Source of the DNA: Macrostomum lignano
Lineage: Eukaryota
NCBI GenBank assembly: GCA_002269645.1
Contig: NIVC01000650.1
Span: 186,001-250,000, forward strand
Length of the DNA: 64,000 nt
Reading direction: 5' to 3'
Shown here: positions 33,683-46,700 of the stretch, one piece after another
How the letters are laid out: each line of letters opens with the position of its first letter
Numbering within the stretch: the first letter of the stretch is position 1
Position numbers and translations under genes: made by a program
Notes under the pieces: model-generated
The model's input: the letters and a program-made list of their open reading frames with translations, nothing else
Database searches by the model: none
What the model was told of the DNA's origin: nothing

Positions 33683-34188
33683 CAGTGTTCCCACTCTGGC
33701 ACAAATTCGCGCCATGCCCAAAAATGAGGCTGTAGGCCCTATGGCGCAAATGTAGGATTAATAAGATTTGGTGCAAGTCTAAAAATATGGAAAATTTGCA
33801 TCTAAATTGTAACCCTTTTCCACATTTTTAGATGCTTTTTTGTATGCTTTTGATGTTAGGAGTTGTTTGTAACAAAATAGACCACTTTTTATATACCAAT
33901 AGAATAACAGAAAGAAAGTGTTAGAAATAAACTATAATGTTTTATAATTGCAGTACTTATTTAGAGAAATTAATAGTCTACTGCCCATGCTATTATTGCC
34001 ATTTTTTGACCCATTTTTTGCCAAGTTGTAGTGTTTTATGTTGTCCAAAATTTGAGCTTTTTAATATTCAAATGGGCATCACACTGCATTAGAGCCTTTG
34101 AGGTAAAGTGATAATGGTGCAAAAAAATCCATGGCGCAAAAATGAACAGCTTGGTGCAAAAAATGAAGGTTGCTGAGTAGGAACACAG
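33683..34188. mobile_element. hAT-type MITE, 506 bp
   Basis: TIRs CAGTGTTCCCACTC / GAGTAGGAACACAG (12/14); perfect 8-bp TSD ATAATAAG. Confidence 0.88.
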
Positions 34189-34521
34189 ATAATAAGTGTT
34201 GCATCTATTTCTCCTTTTGAAACAATTTGTAGTTACTAAAAGTTATGATATCAAATATAAATTCTTTTAAATAGGGCCTAGTATCATCATATTCATAACT
34301 CCCATCATCTCTTGACTTAACTACTATCTTTTTCTATAAAATGTAAATGTTCTATCTTTTATTAGGTCTATAGTAACTGGAAGATACTTGTACCTAAAAT
34401 CTATTTTCAAATAGCTTTGTATTTTTAGTATGCCGAAGACAAATTTCTAAGATTTAAGCATGCCAAATATGCATGCCAAAAATAAAAGGCTAATATATAC
34501 TAGAAAATTCTGGCATAAAAG

Positions 34522-37500
34522 CAGTGTTGCCACAGACTTTCATAAAAAATTAGCACAGGCTTAAAAAATAGTGCAGCACATATACTTCATTAAAATACAC
34601 TGAAAAAAATTAAGCTGACAAATAATGTCAGAAGTAGTACACTATATTTTCCAATTTACTAGTTTTGTTTATTTTCTTTGCTTAAAATTTTTTAAAACTA
34701 CAAGTACCTCACAACTCACAAAGTGCAAAAAGATGAAAGATATATACGATTCCATATTTAAAGTAGTTTCAATGAATATTGACTTGCATCATTCATCAAT
34801 TGACATATGACACATCCTCAAAACTTTACAAGGCACAAAAGATAAAAAAATTGCCCCATTGAATCATTTATCAATAAAGAATAATTAATAGTCAGTCACA
34901 AAAGTCAAAGCACTTTGCTAATTTACTTTCTAGTTCCTACGCTGCTTCTTCTGATTAACAGCATTACTAGAACTACGACTGGCGCTCTTTCTCAAAATGC
35001 CCTCTTGCTGGTCCACTTGCGCAAGCATCTCCTATGCCTGCTTTCGTATCTCATTGATGTTTTGCTGCTGCCGCACCATATCTTCTTGCTCTAGCCAATC
35101 CCTTTCTGCTGTCTTCTCCCGCTTTGCCACGTCATGCCAGTGCTTATCTAGCTCAGCTTGCAACTTGGCCATTTTCTCATCGTTCTTCTTTGCACAAGCC
35201 GCAAATCCAGCTTCAAGTAGTGTCGGAGTGATCACAACTTCCGACACCTAGCTGACACCAACTGAGAGCTTGAGCCACATCTTGACAGTCAGCAGCAAAT
35301 CTAGGGTGACATCGCTGAGCTTGTTGCGCTCTTTAGTCAGGTTGCTTGACACCCACTTCAGAACATGCTCGCTGTTGGCATTGCCATGTGGAATACAGCA
35401 AGCACTCTGGGCAAGCTTATACAAGTCACTAGCGGATATTTCTCAGAAGACAACTGAGACCAGAAATGCTCGGGAATCAAACCATCATCAAAATCAGCTT
35501 CAGATGAGCTGACCCAAAGGCTTGTTGTCTCAATTTGCAAATTGTCCAGCTGTTCTGGTGGAATGATAGTAGGCATTGCTTTAGCAGCACACAAAACTGT
35601 TTTATCAAAATCAAACTCAACCCCCGTGATTACTTTGGGGTTGAGAAAATACATTGCATGCAGAAGGTGGTTATTGAGTAGCAAGTAGGAAAACAGCCAA
35701 TTGATGATCTCTCCGTAAAAGTCTTGGACACTCTTGTAGAATCCCCTTTGTTCTATTGCGGACAACTTTTTGACCGTCTCTCAAGTAGCACTTCCGATTG
35801 CTAACTTCGTGTTCTGCACCTGGGAGCCATGCTCTTTGGCCTTGTTTACCAGGTCAGTTAGGGACCTGGTATCGCAAACAACGTCTTCGGAGACAAAGCT
35901 CATAAGAATTTTGCTACAGAGACTGTCTAGAGTGCTCACCAGCTAATTAACTTGCGTAGCTTTGCACTGAAAGACTTTCTTGAAAGCTTTGCAGTGCGGA
36001 AGAACTTGCTCCAGAAATTGGAGCTGGGCCTTGACCGAGTCATTCAATGCTGACTTAATCCTCTGGGCATGCGCCCGGGACTTAAGCTTGATTGCCTCAG
36101 TGTTCAAGTTGGAGAAGAATTGCAGTAGCACAGGCCACTGCTCCAACAGACGTCGTACAACAGGTAGCACCTGCAGCCAACGAGTCTCCATGCATCAGAG
36201 AAAAATGTGTTGGGCAATGTCCATAGCATCTTGCAGCTAAAATGATAAAAAATATTAAAGTACGTTATCGCTTATCATTCCAGATATTGTCTGCCAGCAA
36301 CAGGCCCACAGCCAGCCCTCTAGTCTAGCCCTCTAAAAAGAAAACTTTTAACGTACCTCCTTTAACTCAGCTTGCTTTTCAGAAAAGTGAAACAAATGTA
36401 CACATCATCTATCAGATCTTCCGCTTCACCTTCGCTGTCAAGTGCATGCACAGCATATTGGACAGTGTTGTGGACGTGGTGTAGGCTACACCCGCCAGTA
36501 TTAATGAGATGCGTCAGATGATGACTCTTCAGCTTTGCAAGAAGCCCATTTTGAGCACCTGAAAGAAAAGTGTGATAGAGTTACTGTACTGCTGTGCGCA
36601 TTACGTCAGTAGTATTAAAGCATTTAATTATTTATGCTCGTATATTAGCCTACCTCGCATGGCATTGCAGGAATCTGTCATTATTGACAGTACATTTGGC
36701 AGCGGCAGTTTTGCAGTTTTAAGCAGTGACAAAAGCAGCGTCTTTAGTCCTTCAGCTGATGCATCTCTCAGCTCCTCCAGGCCAACGAAAGTGAGCAACA
36801 CCTTATGCTCAATAGAAAAAACCCTGGCCAAAACAACAAGCCAAGATCGATCGCGCACTGTGCCTTCATCCACCAGTATAGAAAAGGAATTCTGCCGCAG
36901 AGTCTGCAGCATAGACTCCTTGGCATATGGAGCAAGCGCCTCATTGATAAGGTAGGTTGCCTTTGTTCACCCACATGTCATTGACTTTGCTATGCCACTG
37001 TCGGGAAAACTTGTGGGCATCGCAGGCACCAATTTGTCCATTACGCTGATTGACAGATTCTTCTTGACAACTACAAAAAGCAACCAAAGACAAGCAGCCA
37101 GTGTCAAATCACCAGCCTGTGGAGCTGCTGTTGCTATAATAGTTGATGTGACTGGCGGCTGGCTTGCAAAAAATGATATGATAGCTGCCTGTGCCTGGCT
37201 CCCAGTGGCACTTCCTGGACACAATTTAGAGAGTGAAACATGTTTTGCTATGATTGAGTACTGGTACAGAGCCAAAATGCCTTTTTGTGTAAATAAAAAG
37301 CTTGTCCGGCACAGGTTACAATCTGCTTCTCCAGTGAGCTTCCCCAGAGAGCACCAGCTTTCAATCACTCAACCATTCTTGTTGAGCTTCTTTAACCACT
37401 CAGCATTCCACTGAGTTTCACGCATTTAGTAGGCTTTACAGCTGAAATTATTTAGGTTTTACTTTAATAAAGCAATTGAGCCCCACTTATGACCTATCCA

Positions 37501-37823
37501 AAACCACTTTAACTACTACTAATAAAGGTAACGAAAAAAGAAAATTATTTAAAATGAGACTGAAAACTAACAGAAAGTTGCAAAACACATTGTTTCGTTA
37601 ACCAGTGAGCAAAGTAAACTGTCGATTCCTCCATTGTCATATATTCTCTTAACAAAACTTTGCAAGTATATAATTTTGATGAGAAAATTGTCAGTTACAG
37701 TCATACAAAGGAAGAAAAAAATTTTAGCACAGAAGAGACAGAAAAAGTGCAGAAATAGCGCAATAGCGCAGGTACTGTAAAAAAGCGCAGATCCGCTAAA
37801 AAGGTGCAGGTGTGGCAACACTG
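34522..37823 (-). mobile_element. hAT DNA transposon, 3,302 bp
   Basis: Perfect 13-bp TIRs CAGTGTTGCCACA / TGTGGCAACACTG; TSD CATAAAAG / CATATAAG (7/8); internal transposase remnants. Confidence 0.92.
34930..37370 (-). pseudogene. Disrupted hAT transposase with spliceosomal introns
   Basis: BED-like CNLC...H; FSILVDEG; SIMTDSCNAMRG; ETRWL; C-terminal PHGNANSE-like dimerisation region. GT-AG introns at 36653-36559 and 36356-36237; in-frame TGA stops and frameshifts. Confidence 0.85.
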
Positions 37824-39701
37824 CATATAAGATACCTTCCTAACTATAAGATGCATACCAGTATTAAACAAATCAATCACATTTACACCAATGGACTAGG
37901 TAGGATTGTAATAAAAATCAGTGTATAAAAGGCCAAGAGAGGTCTGATATAATTTATTCAGTTAGAATAAACAAAAATATAGATCTATATCTAAAAAAAT
38001 CTATAAGCAATCATGTATGCCATCATATACCATGTATATACACTTGCATGCCAAATTGTGTATGCTAACAATTATATATTTTTTATTTATATACCATGCA
38101 TGCTACGGTTTTAGAATTCACCCTAAAAGTTCTAATGTGCACAGTGTAGTATGTATTCTAGAATCATGTGTTAAAATAAAATTTTTTAACTAATTTACTA
38201 TTTCATATCTTAATAAAATAATAATCATAATCATAGTGTCAAATTTAGTATATTGTATATCAATAATATTTTAAGCAAAGATGTCTAGTGTGCATCACAT
38301 GGGAACAATTTTGGCCAAAGAAAGTCTACATTGAATTTTTTTATAGTAATAGAAATGAACTTTGTTTAAATAGAATTTTTGTAAGTGCTAAGATTTATTT
38401 AGGTGTTTAAATTGAAATTTTGCTAGTTTCTTTTGTAATATCACAAAGAATAAAATAAAATACTTCAAAATAAAAGGTAAAATGGTTTAGCAAAAGTAAC
38501 TTTTGATTAAGTGTACATAGACTTCTTTATTAGGAAGTAAAGACAAGTAAAAGTGCTGAGACAAGGAGACATCTATAGAAAAACTTGGAGAAACATATTT
38601 TATTAAGTAGTAAAACATTTCCCAGTGGGCTTTAGCTTCATTGCTTTTTGTTCCCCTTTTTGCCAAAAAACATAGATGTGCATTCAAGTGTTGCTCAGAG
38701 GAATATGATTTTTACCCTTTGGAAAATAAGGCACAATGCATCTAGGATTTATGCACAACTCTCATTGGCTCATGGGTCTAGTGCAGTCATTTACTGCAAC
38801 CAGTTACCCATTTATCAACTATCACTTCAAAATTTTGCTAACTTGTTGACTTACTATAAATCTATTGTTAAACTGCTATATTTTTGTTCATAACTTTAGT
38901 TTTCATCATCTGTTTTTAAAATTATTGAAATTAATATGAAGAAATGAGTTGCTATTATAAATTTGTGCAAAATGCATTATTTGTATCATCAGAATGAGAG
39001 ATATAATGAAAAGTAACACTATTTTTAGGATAGCCTTTGTAAATGGTTAATTGTTTAAATCAATAAAAAAGTACAATTGTTAAGTCATTAATAGTTTTGG
39101 TTGGCATTAATAAATAAAATAAGAAGGAATAGGACTAAGGCTATTGAAAACTTTATGCCATCCAAAGCAACCTAAAAATCATTAAAAATTTATTTAATGA
39201 AACAATATATTATACATATTAAATATATTAGATTTTTTTGTATATATATGATGATAAATAGAAACAATAAATGATAATACACAATGAGAGATATCTGATT
39301 TCAATTAGAAGTTGTTGGTAGGCCAAATATCAAAAGGGAGAGTGGGGGTTAAGCAATGGTTCTAAGGAAAGCTTTGATGCCAAAGCTCACAGGGATGCTG
39401 ATTTATAGGCTGGACAGCTGACTTTCAGGCCTGTTGCTTTTTGCTTTAAACATTTTTACTTAAGATACTACTAACCTAGTGATTGTACAAGGTCAAAACC
39501 TTCGTGTAGGTTATTCAAAAAAGTTATCACCTTATTTATTGCCTCTCCAATAGGATGTAGATTGCTAGTTAATTAGCTAATAAAATTTTAATCATGAATG
39601 TACAATTATGTGCATGACCTAGACGTCTACAAACTGAACCAAAATTTCTGATTGCTAGAAATCAGCTTTGCTCATTAATTTATAAAGAATAATCCTGTAT
39701 C

Positions 39702-41994
39702 ATGTCTGACCAGGCCTACCTAGGCAGTCGGATTAGCCTAGTCTCCAAGGCCGGCATTCGCTACGAGGGTGTCTTATCCTCAATTGACACCAACGAGAGC
39801 ACAGTAACGCTGACTAAAGTCCGCTCGTTTGGCACCGAGAACCGGGCATCGGAGCGCAGCATACCGCCTAGCAACGATGTGTTCGAGTCCATAGTGTTCC
39901 GCGGTAGCGATATCAGCGATTTGCACGTGTGCGAGCCGCCCCAGGCTGAGCAGGAGGAGCAGCAGCCTGATCAATATACTGATCCAGCCATTGTGAGCAT
40001 GCAGCAGGCGGCTCCTGCTGGGCCGCCGCCACCTCCGCCCTTGGACCCTGTCATTTCTGCTGCTGTTTCGCCTGGCATGGTAAGTCAAAATATTCTCTTA
40101 GGGTGAGACTTCGGGTCTGATTTCGGGGTCTAGGGGTGAGATTTTGGGTTTACGGGAGAGATTTCAGAGTCTAGGGGTGAGATTTCGGGGTCTAGTGGTC
40201 AGATTTTGGGTCTAGGGTTGAGATTTTTGGGGTCTAGGGTGAGATTTCGGGTCTGGTACAGTCTAATGGGGAGATTTCAGGTATCTTATTGTCTTAGTAA
40301 GAGGTTTCCAGTTTTGTATAGTCTAGGTGTGAGATTTCCAGTTTAGTGTAGTCTAGGGGTGAGATTTCCAGTTTAACATAGTCTAGGGGGTGAGATTTCC
40401 AGTTTAATATAGTCTAGGGGTGAGATTTCGCGTGATTGAATTCTAGGGGGTAAGATTTCGCGTGATTGAATTCTAGGGGGTAAGATTTCGCGTGATTTAA
40501 TTCTAGGGGGTGAGATTTCGCGTGATTGAATTCTAGGGGGTAAGATTTCGCGTGATTTAATTCTAGGGGGTAAGATTTCGCGTGATTGAATTCTAGGGGG
40601 TGAGATTTCGCGTGATTGAATTCTAGGGGGTGAGATTTCGCGTGATTGAATTCTAGGGGGTAAGATTTCGCGTGATTGAATTCTAGGGGGTGAGATTTCG
40701 CGTGATTGAATTCTAGGGGGTGAGATTTCGCGTGATTGAATTCTAGGGGGTAAGATTTCGTGTCTCGTGAGAGTTTTTTATCGTATCAGCAGTTGCTAAC
40801 GTTATTATTTTACTGTTTTTCTCCAGCCGCAGCACCTCATGAGCGGGCCGCCCATTGTGCCGCCACAGCAGCAGCCGCAGCAGCAGATGCGCCTTCCGCC
40901 ACGCCAGCAGCAGCAGCAGCAGCAGGGACCCCCAGTTCCGCTGAACGACTGCCCGCCAAACCGGTTCGATGTTGACTACGATTTCGATTCGGCTAATGCT
41001 GTCCTCGAACAGGAGCTGCGACTCCTGGACGTGTCCTCTGACTCCGGCAAGCCGGCAGATGACCAGCAGCAGCAGCAGCCTGCTGCCGCCGCCGTTGCTT
41101 CCGCCTTGGATCCTGACGAACTGAAAAAAACCGACGAACCAACTGGGAGCGGCGGAGACGGCGGGACCGGACCTGATGCCGAACTTGCGCCAGCGTACGA
41201 CAAGGTGAATTAAATCATATCGATAATATATAAATCCTCCTCGCTACATATGTATAGCGCTTGGCAGTCAGTTTCAGATTATCAATCAGCTGGTTTAGCA
41301 CTTCGGCTAGCTTATAACAATTATTAAAATTCGAGAAACCATGATCCAACTGAAAAGATCCCAGAAATCATGATCCCGCTGAAGATATCTCAGAAATCAT
41401 GACCCCACTGAAGATATCTCAGAAATCATGACCCCACTGAAGATATCTCAGAAATCATGATCCCACTTAAAGTATCCCAGAAATCATGATCCCACTTAAA
41501 GTATCCCAGAAATCATGATCCCACTGAAAAAATCCCAGAAATCATGATCCCACTTGAAAATCTCACAAATCATCATCCCACAGAAAAAATCCTTCTTCGA
41601 CACCATTGGCGCTGGCGGCCCCGGCGGCCCGAGCGGCGGCCTCAGCGGCCGGCAACAGCGGCGACGCATTGACGTCGAGACTTTCGGCTCCGTCGCTGGC
41701 GGCGGTGGCGGCGGCTATCGCGGCGGCCAGCAGCAGCAACGCGGCGGCAACCGTGGTTACTATGGCAACAACAATAGCTACAATAATAGCTACGGTAACA
41801 ACAACTATAGGCAGCGGGGTTATAATTATAATCAGGGCGGCGGCTACGGTGGTCATCGAGGCGGCTGGGGCGGCCGCGGTGGAGGCTGGGGCGGCGGCGA
41901 TGGAGGCTGGGGCGGCGGCGGAGGAGGCTGGGGCGGCGGCGGCGGCGGCGGCTGGAGGTCCTTCAGCGGTCCAGATAGCGACAACTGGCGTTAA
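39702..41994 (+). CDS. LSM14: LSM14 (RAP55/Trailer hitch/CAR-1/Scd6) mRNA granule protein, 388 aa; exons 39702-40079, 40827-41204, 41584-41994
   Basis: LSm domain [20 protein letters not shown]; FDF-type motif [11 protein letters not shown]; FFD box YDK|KKSFFDTI; TFG box IDVETFG; RGG tail. Both introns are GT-AG in phase 0. Confidence 0.96.
40100..40760. repeat. 30-bp minisatellite in LSM14 intron 1 (AGATTTCGCGTGATTGAATTCTAGGGGGT(A/G))
   Basis: Degenerate at the 5' side, homogeneous from about 40420. Confidence 0.95.
41330..41575. repeat. 29-bp minisatellite in LSM14 intron 2 (CAGAAATCATGATCCCACTGAAGATATCT)
   Basis: About 8 copies ending at the acceptor. Confidence 0.92.
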
Positions 41995-42694
41995 AAGTAG
42001 TTATTCAAAATGGCGTGGAAGATTGGTAAAGATCGAGAAGTGACGTGCCTATTAAGTTGATGACGAAGTTTTACCAGTTCTGGCGAGTATTGTTTTTTTT
42101 TCTTCTTCTAAAAGATTGTTAAGCAAAAAGACTCCATATTTGATCTACTAAAATATCCCAACTCCTCTTTGGTTTTGAAACACATCCATTTTGCATGTCT
42201 GAAAATGTCATTAATGTTCTGTTATTGATACTATTGAAAATGTGTTCATCCGTGTACAGATAAAAGTACATAGATCTGTAGCTACCAGTGAAGTATAGCA
42301 TGTAATGTGTGTTGCATTTCAGTCTGTCTGATCTCTCCGTCTGCGTGTCTTCTCCCCGCTTTGGTTTAATGTTGTGGCATCTGTAACCTGTGTTGTTTCT
42401 CTAATATTAATATAATTACAATACATCATAAGTACATTCGCAGCAGTGTGTAAAGTGTGGAAAATGTCTTCAATGATATATCTTTGTCTTACATGCTGCA
42501 AGAATAAATTAGCAAAATCATATAAACGATGGATACTTTCTATTGAAATATGCTCTTTTGTTTCTGTATCTCTCTAACTGCTGTTATTGTTGGATAACTA
42601 ACGTATTCGTGTACTTTTATTTTTCTATGCACTTTTACTTTATTAGTTTAAAGGGATATTCAAGCTTAAGTAGTGAAAGATACTACCATATATA

Positions 42695-43700
42695 GAATCG
42701 CCCCAAAATACCCCATAAGAGAGAGAACCGCCCCAAAATACCCCATAGAGAATCACCCCAAAATACCCCATAGAAATAGAATTGCTTCAAAAATATCCCA
42801 TAGAGAATCGCCCCTAAATACCCCATAGAAAGACGATCGCCCCAAAATTATCCTTACAGAATCGCCCAAAAATACCCCATAAAGAGATACCGCCCCAAAA
42901 TACCCCATAGCGATAGAATTGCCCAAAAATTGCCCAAGAATGGGCAATGGACTCCAAATGGACTCCATAGAGAATCGTCTCAAAATACCCCATAAAGAAT
43001 CGCCCCAAAATACTCCACAGAGTAAGAGAATCGACCCAAAATACCCCAATGCAAGAGAGAATTGCCTCAAAAAACCCCATAGAGAGACAATCGGCCCAAA
43101 ATACCCCATAGAGTAAGAGAATCGCCCTAAAATACCAAATTGAGTAAGAGAATCGCCCTAAAATACCCTATAGAGTAAGAGAATCGCCCCAAAATACCCC
43201 ATAGAGTAAGAGAATCGCCCTAAAATACCCCATAGAGTAAGAGAATCGCCCTAAAATACCAAATTGAGTAAGAGAATCGCCCTAAAATACCCTATAGAGT
43301 AAGAGAATCGCCCCAAAATACCCCATAGCGATAGAATCGCCCCAAAATACCCCATAAGAGAGAGAACCGCCCCAAAATACCCCATAGAGAATCACCCCAA
43401 AATACCCCATAGAAATAGAATTGCTTCAAAAATATCCCATAGAGAATCGCCCCAAAATACCCCATATAGTAAGAGAATCGCCCCAAAATACCCAAAATAG
43501 TAAGATAATCGCCCCAAAATACCCCATATAGTAAGATAATCGCCCCAAAATACCCCATATACTAAGATAATCGCCCCAAAATACCCCATATAGTAAGAGA
43601 ATCGCCCCAAAATACCCCAATGCGAGAGAGAATCGCCCCAAAATACCCCATAGAGAGACAATCGCCCCAAAATACCCCATAGCGAGACAATCGCTCCAAG
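42695..43700. repeat. 28-31-bp minisatellite (GAGAATCGCCCCAAAATACCCCATAGAGTAA-like) between LSM14 and the DMAC2-like gene
   Basis: More than 30 variant copies; explains the YGVFWGD/WGILGR ORFs. Confidence 0.95.
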
Positions 43701-43728
43701 CACAACCTTAACTTTGCAGTTGCACTCC

Positions 43729-46700
43729 ATGCTACTGTCAGTACTCAGACGCGTCGCCAGTCGCCGCTGCTACTCAAGCAGCCGACTTCGCTTAGAGGAG
43801 CTGCTGCCCCAGCGGCCGGGCCAGTCGCAGGACAAGCCGCAGGTGCCGGACAAACTGTTCACAGGTCGCATAGCCAAATGGGTTGGGGCTCCCCGCGTCA
43901 CCGAAGGCTGGGACATGACTAAAGAGCATCGAGGCGACCTCATGCGAGCAATGCTGATCGGATTAACTACTAAAAGTAGGCACAGTTACGATGATAAAAT
44001 AATTCGAAAACGATATCAGTGGATTAAGCAGGTGCAAGCGTTTGATACAGTTTTGGTGGAGAAATTTGGTGTGGAAGTGGCGGCAGCTGATCGACTCGTT
44101 CGACTGGGCTGTCGGGTGGCCTTCTCGAACTCGCCTAATGATTGGCTGGGAGTTTCTGGTTAGTGTACTCCCGCTGCTGCTGAGGGCTGTGGCGGTGATA
44201 GCTTGCTTTTAAATTGGTCAGATTATTGCTCATATTGGTAGAGTCTGGTGATATTTCAGATGCTATCAAAAGGTCAGGTAGATGGTCAGGTAGGAAGTCA
44301 GATAAATGGTCAGGTAGGGGGTCAGATGGGTGGTCAGGTAGGAAGTCAGACAGATGGTCAGGTAGGGGGTCAGATAGGTGATCGGGTAGGGTCAGGTAGG
44401 GGGTCAGATAGGTGATCGGGTAGGGTCAGGTAAGGGTCAGATGGTGACGTCAGGTAGGGGGTCAGGTAGGAAGTCAGGTAGGGATTCAAATAGACGGTCA
44501 GAGGGGGGTCAGATGGGTGGTCAGGTAGGGAGTCAGACAGATGGTCAGGTAGAAGCCTAGGAGGTCAGGTAGGGAGTCAGACAGGCTCCTAGGCTCCTAC
44601 CTGACCATTTATCTGACTATCTAGATGACTACCTACCTGACCTCCTACCTGACCATCTGTTTGACTCCCTACCTGACCCCATACCTGACCATCTGTCTGA
44701 CTCCCTACCTGACCTCCTACCTACCATCTGTCTGACTCCCTACCTAACCCCCTACCTGACCATCTGTCTGACTCCCTACCTGACCATCTGATGGTCAGGT
44801 TGGAGGTCAGGTAGGTAGTCATATAGATATATAGATAGTCAGATAAATGGTCAGGTAGGAGCCTAGGAGATCAGGTAGGGAATCAGACAGATGTTCAGGT
44901 AGGAGGTCAGGTAGGGAGTCAGACAGATAGTCAGGTAGGGAGTCAGACAGATGGTCAGGTAGGAGGTCAGGTAGGTAGTCATATAGATAGTCAGATAAAT
45001 GGTCAGGTAGGAGGTCAGGTAGGGAGTCATATAGATAGTCAGATAAATGGTCAGGTAGGACCCTAGGAGGTCAGGTAGGGAGTCAGACAGATAGTCAGGT
45101 AGGAGGTCAGGTAGGGAGTCAGACAGATGGTCAGGTAGGGAGTCAGACAGATGGTCAGGTAGGAGGTCAGGTAGGGAGTCAGACAGATGGTCAGGTAAGG
45201 GGTTAGTTAGGGAGTCAAACAGATGGTCAGGTATGGGGTTAGGTAGGGAGTCAGACAGATGGTCAGGTAGGGAGTCAGACAGATGGTCAGGTAGGAGGTC
45301 AGGTAGGGAGTCATATAGATAGTCAGATAAATGGTCAGGTAGGACCCTAGGAGGTCAGGTAGGGAGTCAGACAGATAGTCAGGTAGGAGGTCAGGTAGGG
45401 AGTCAGACAGATGGTCAGGTAGGGAGTCAGACAGATGGTCAGGTAGGAGGTCAGGTAGGGAGTCAGACAGATGGTCAGGTAAGGGGTTAGTTAGGGAGTC
45501 AAACAGATGGTCAGGTATGGGGTTAGGTAGGGAGTCATATAGATAGTCAGATAAATGGTCAGGTAGGACCCTAGGAGGTCAGGTAGGGAGTCAGACAGAT
45601 AGTCAGGTAGGAGGTCAGGTAGGGAGTCAGACAGATGGTCAGGTAGGGAGTCAGACAGATAGTCAGGTAGGAGGTCAGGTAGGGAGTCAGACAGATGGTC
45701 CGGTAGGGAGTCAGACAGATGGTCAGGTAGGAGGTCAGGTAGGGAGTCAGACAGATTGTCAGCTAAGGGGTTAGTTAGGGAGTCAAACAGATGGTCAGGT
45801 ATGGGGTTAGGTAGGGAGTCAGACAGATGGTCAGGTAGGGGGTCAGGTAGGGAGTCAGACAGATGGTCAGGTAGGAGGTCAGGTAGGGAGTCAGACAGAT
45901 AGTCAGGTAGGAGGTCAGGTAGGGAGTCAGACAGATGGTCAGGTAGGAGGTCAGGTAGGGAGTCAGACAGATGGTCAGGTAGGAGGTCAGGTAGGGAGTC
46001 ATCTAGATAGTCAGATAAATGGTCTGGTAGGAGCCTAGGAGGTCAGGTAGGGAGTCAGACAGATGGTCAGATATGAATGCTAAGCACAATATGGAAGAAT
46101 CCTTAAAACCGATTGCACTGTTCAGAGACTGGCGCCCTACCGGCCCTGCCAAGTCGGTCGCTGCCATCTCTGGCCATCGAGGCAATTGACGCTCGCGACG
46201 CCCTGCTGATGTCCGACTCCGTTGATTGGCTGGAGCGGCTGCGCAGTCTGCAGTTCCTGCGGCTTCGCCGATGCCCCTTTGTTGACGATCATCTGCTTGC
46301 TAGACTGGCGGCTCGCTGCAAAACGTTGAAGGTTTGTGTCATGGTTAAACTTTAATTTGAGGCATTAGCTTATAAGTGTTTCTCAGCTGGTATATTCCCG
46401 AGTTCTTGGAGTATTCTCGAGTTCCTGAAGTGCTCCCAAGCTCCTGAAGTATTTCCTAGTTCCTGAAGTATTTCCTAGTTCCTGAAGTATTCCCTAGTTC
46501 CTGAACTATAGTTCCTGAAGTATTTCCTAGTTCCTGAAGTATTCCCTAGTTCCTGAAGTATTCCCTAGTTCCTGAAGTATTCCCTAGTTCCTGAAGTACT
46601 CGCTAGTTCCTGAAGTATTCCCTAGTTCCTGAAGTACTCGCTAGTTCCTGAAGTATTCCCTAGTTCCTGAAGTATTCCCTAGTTCCTGAAGTATTCCCTA

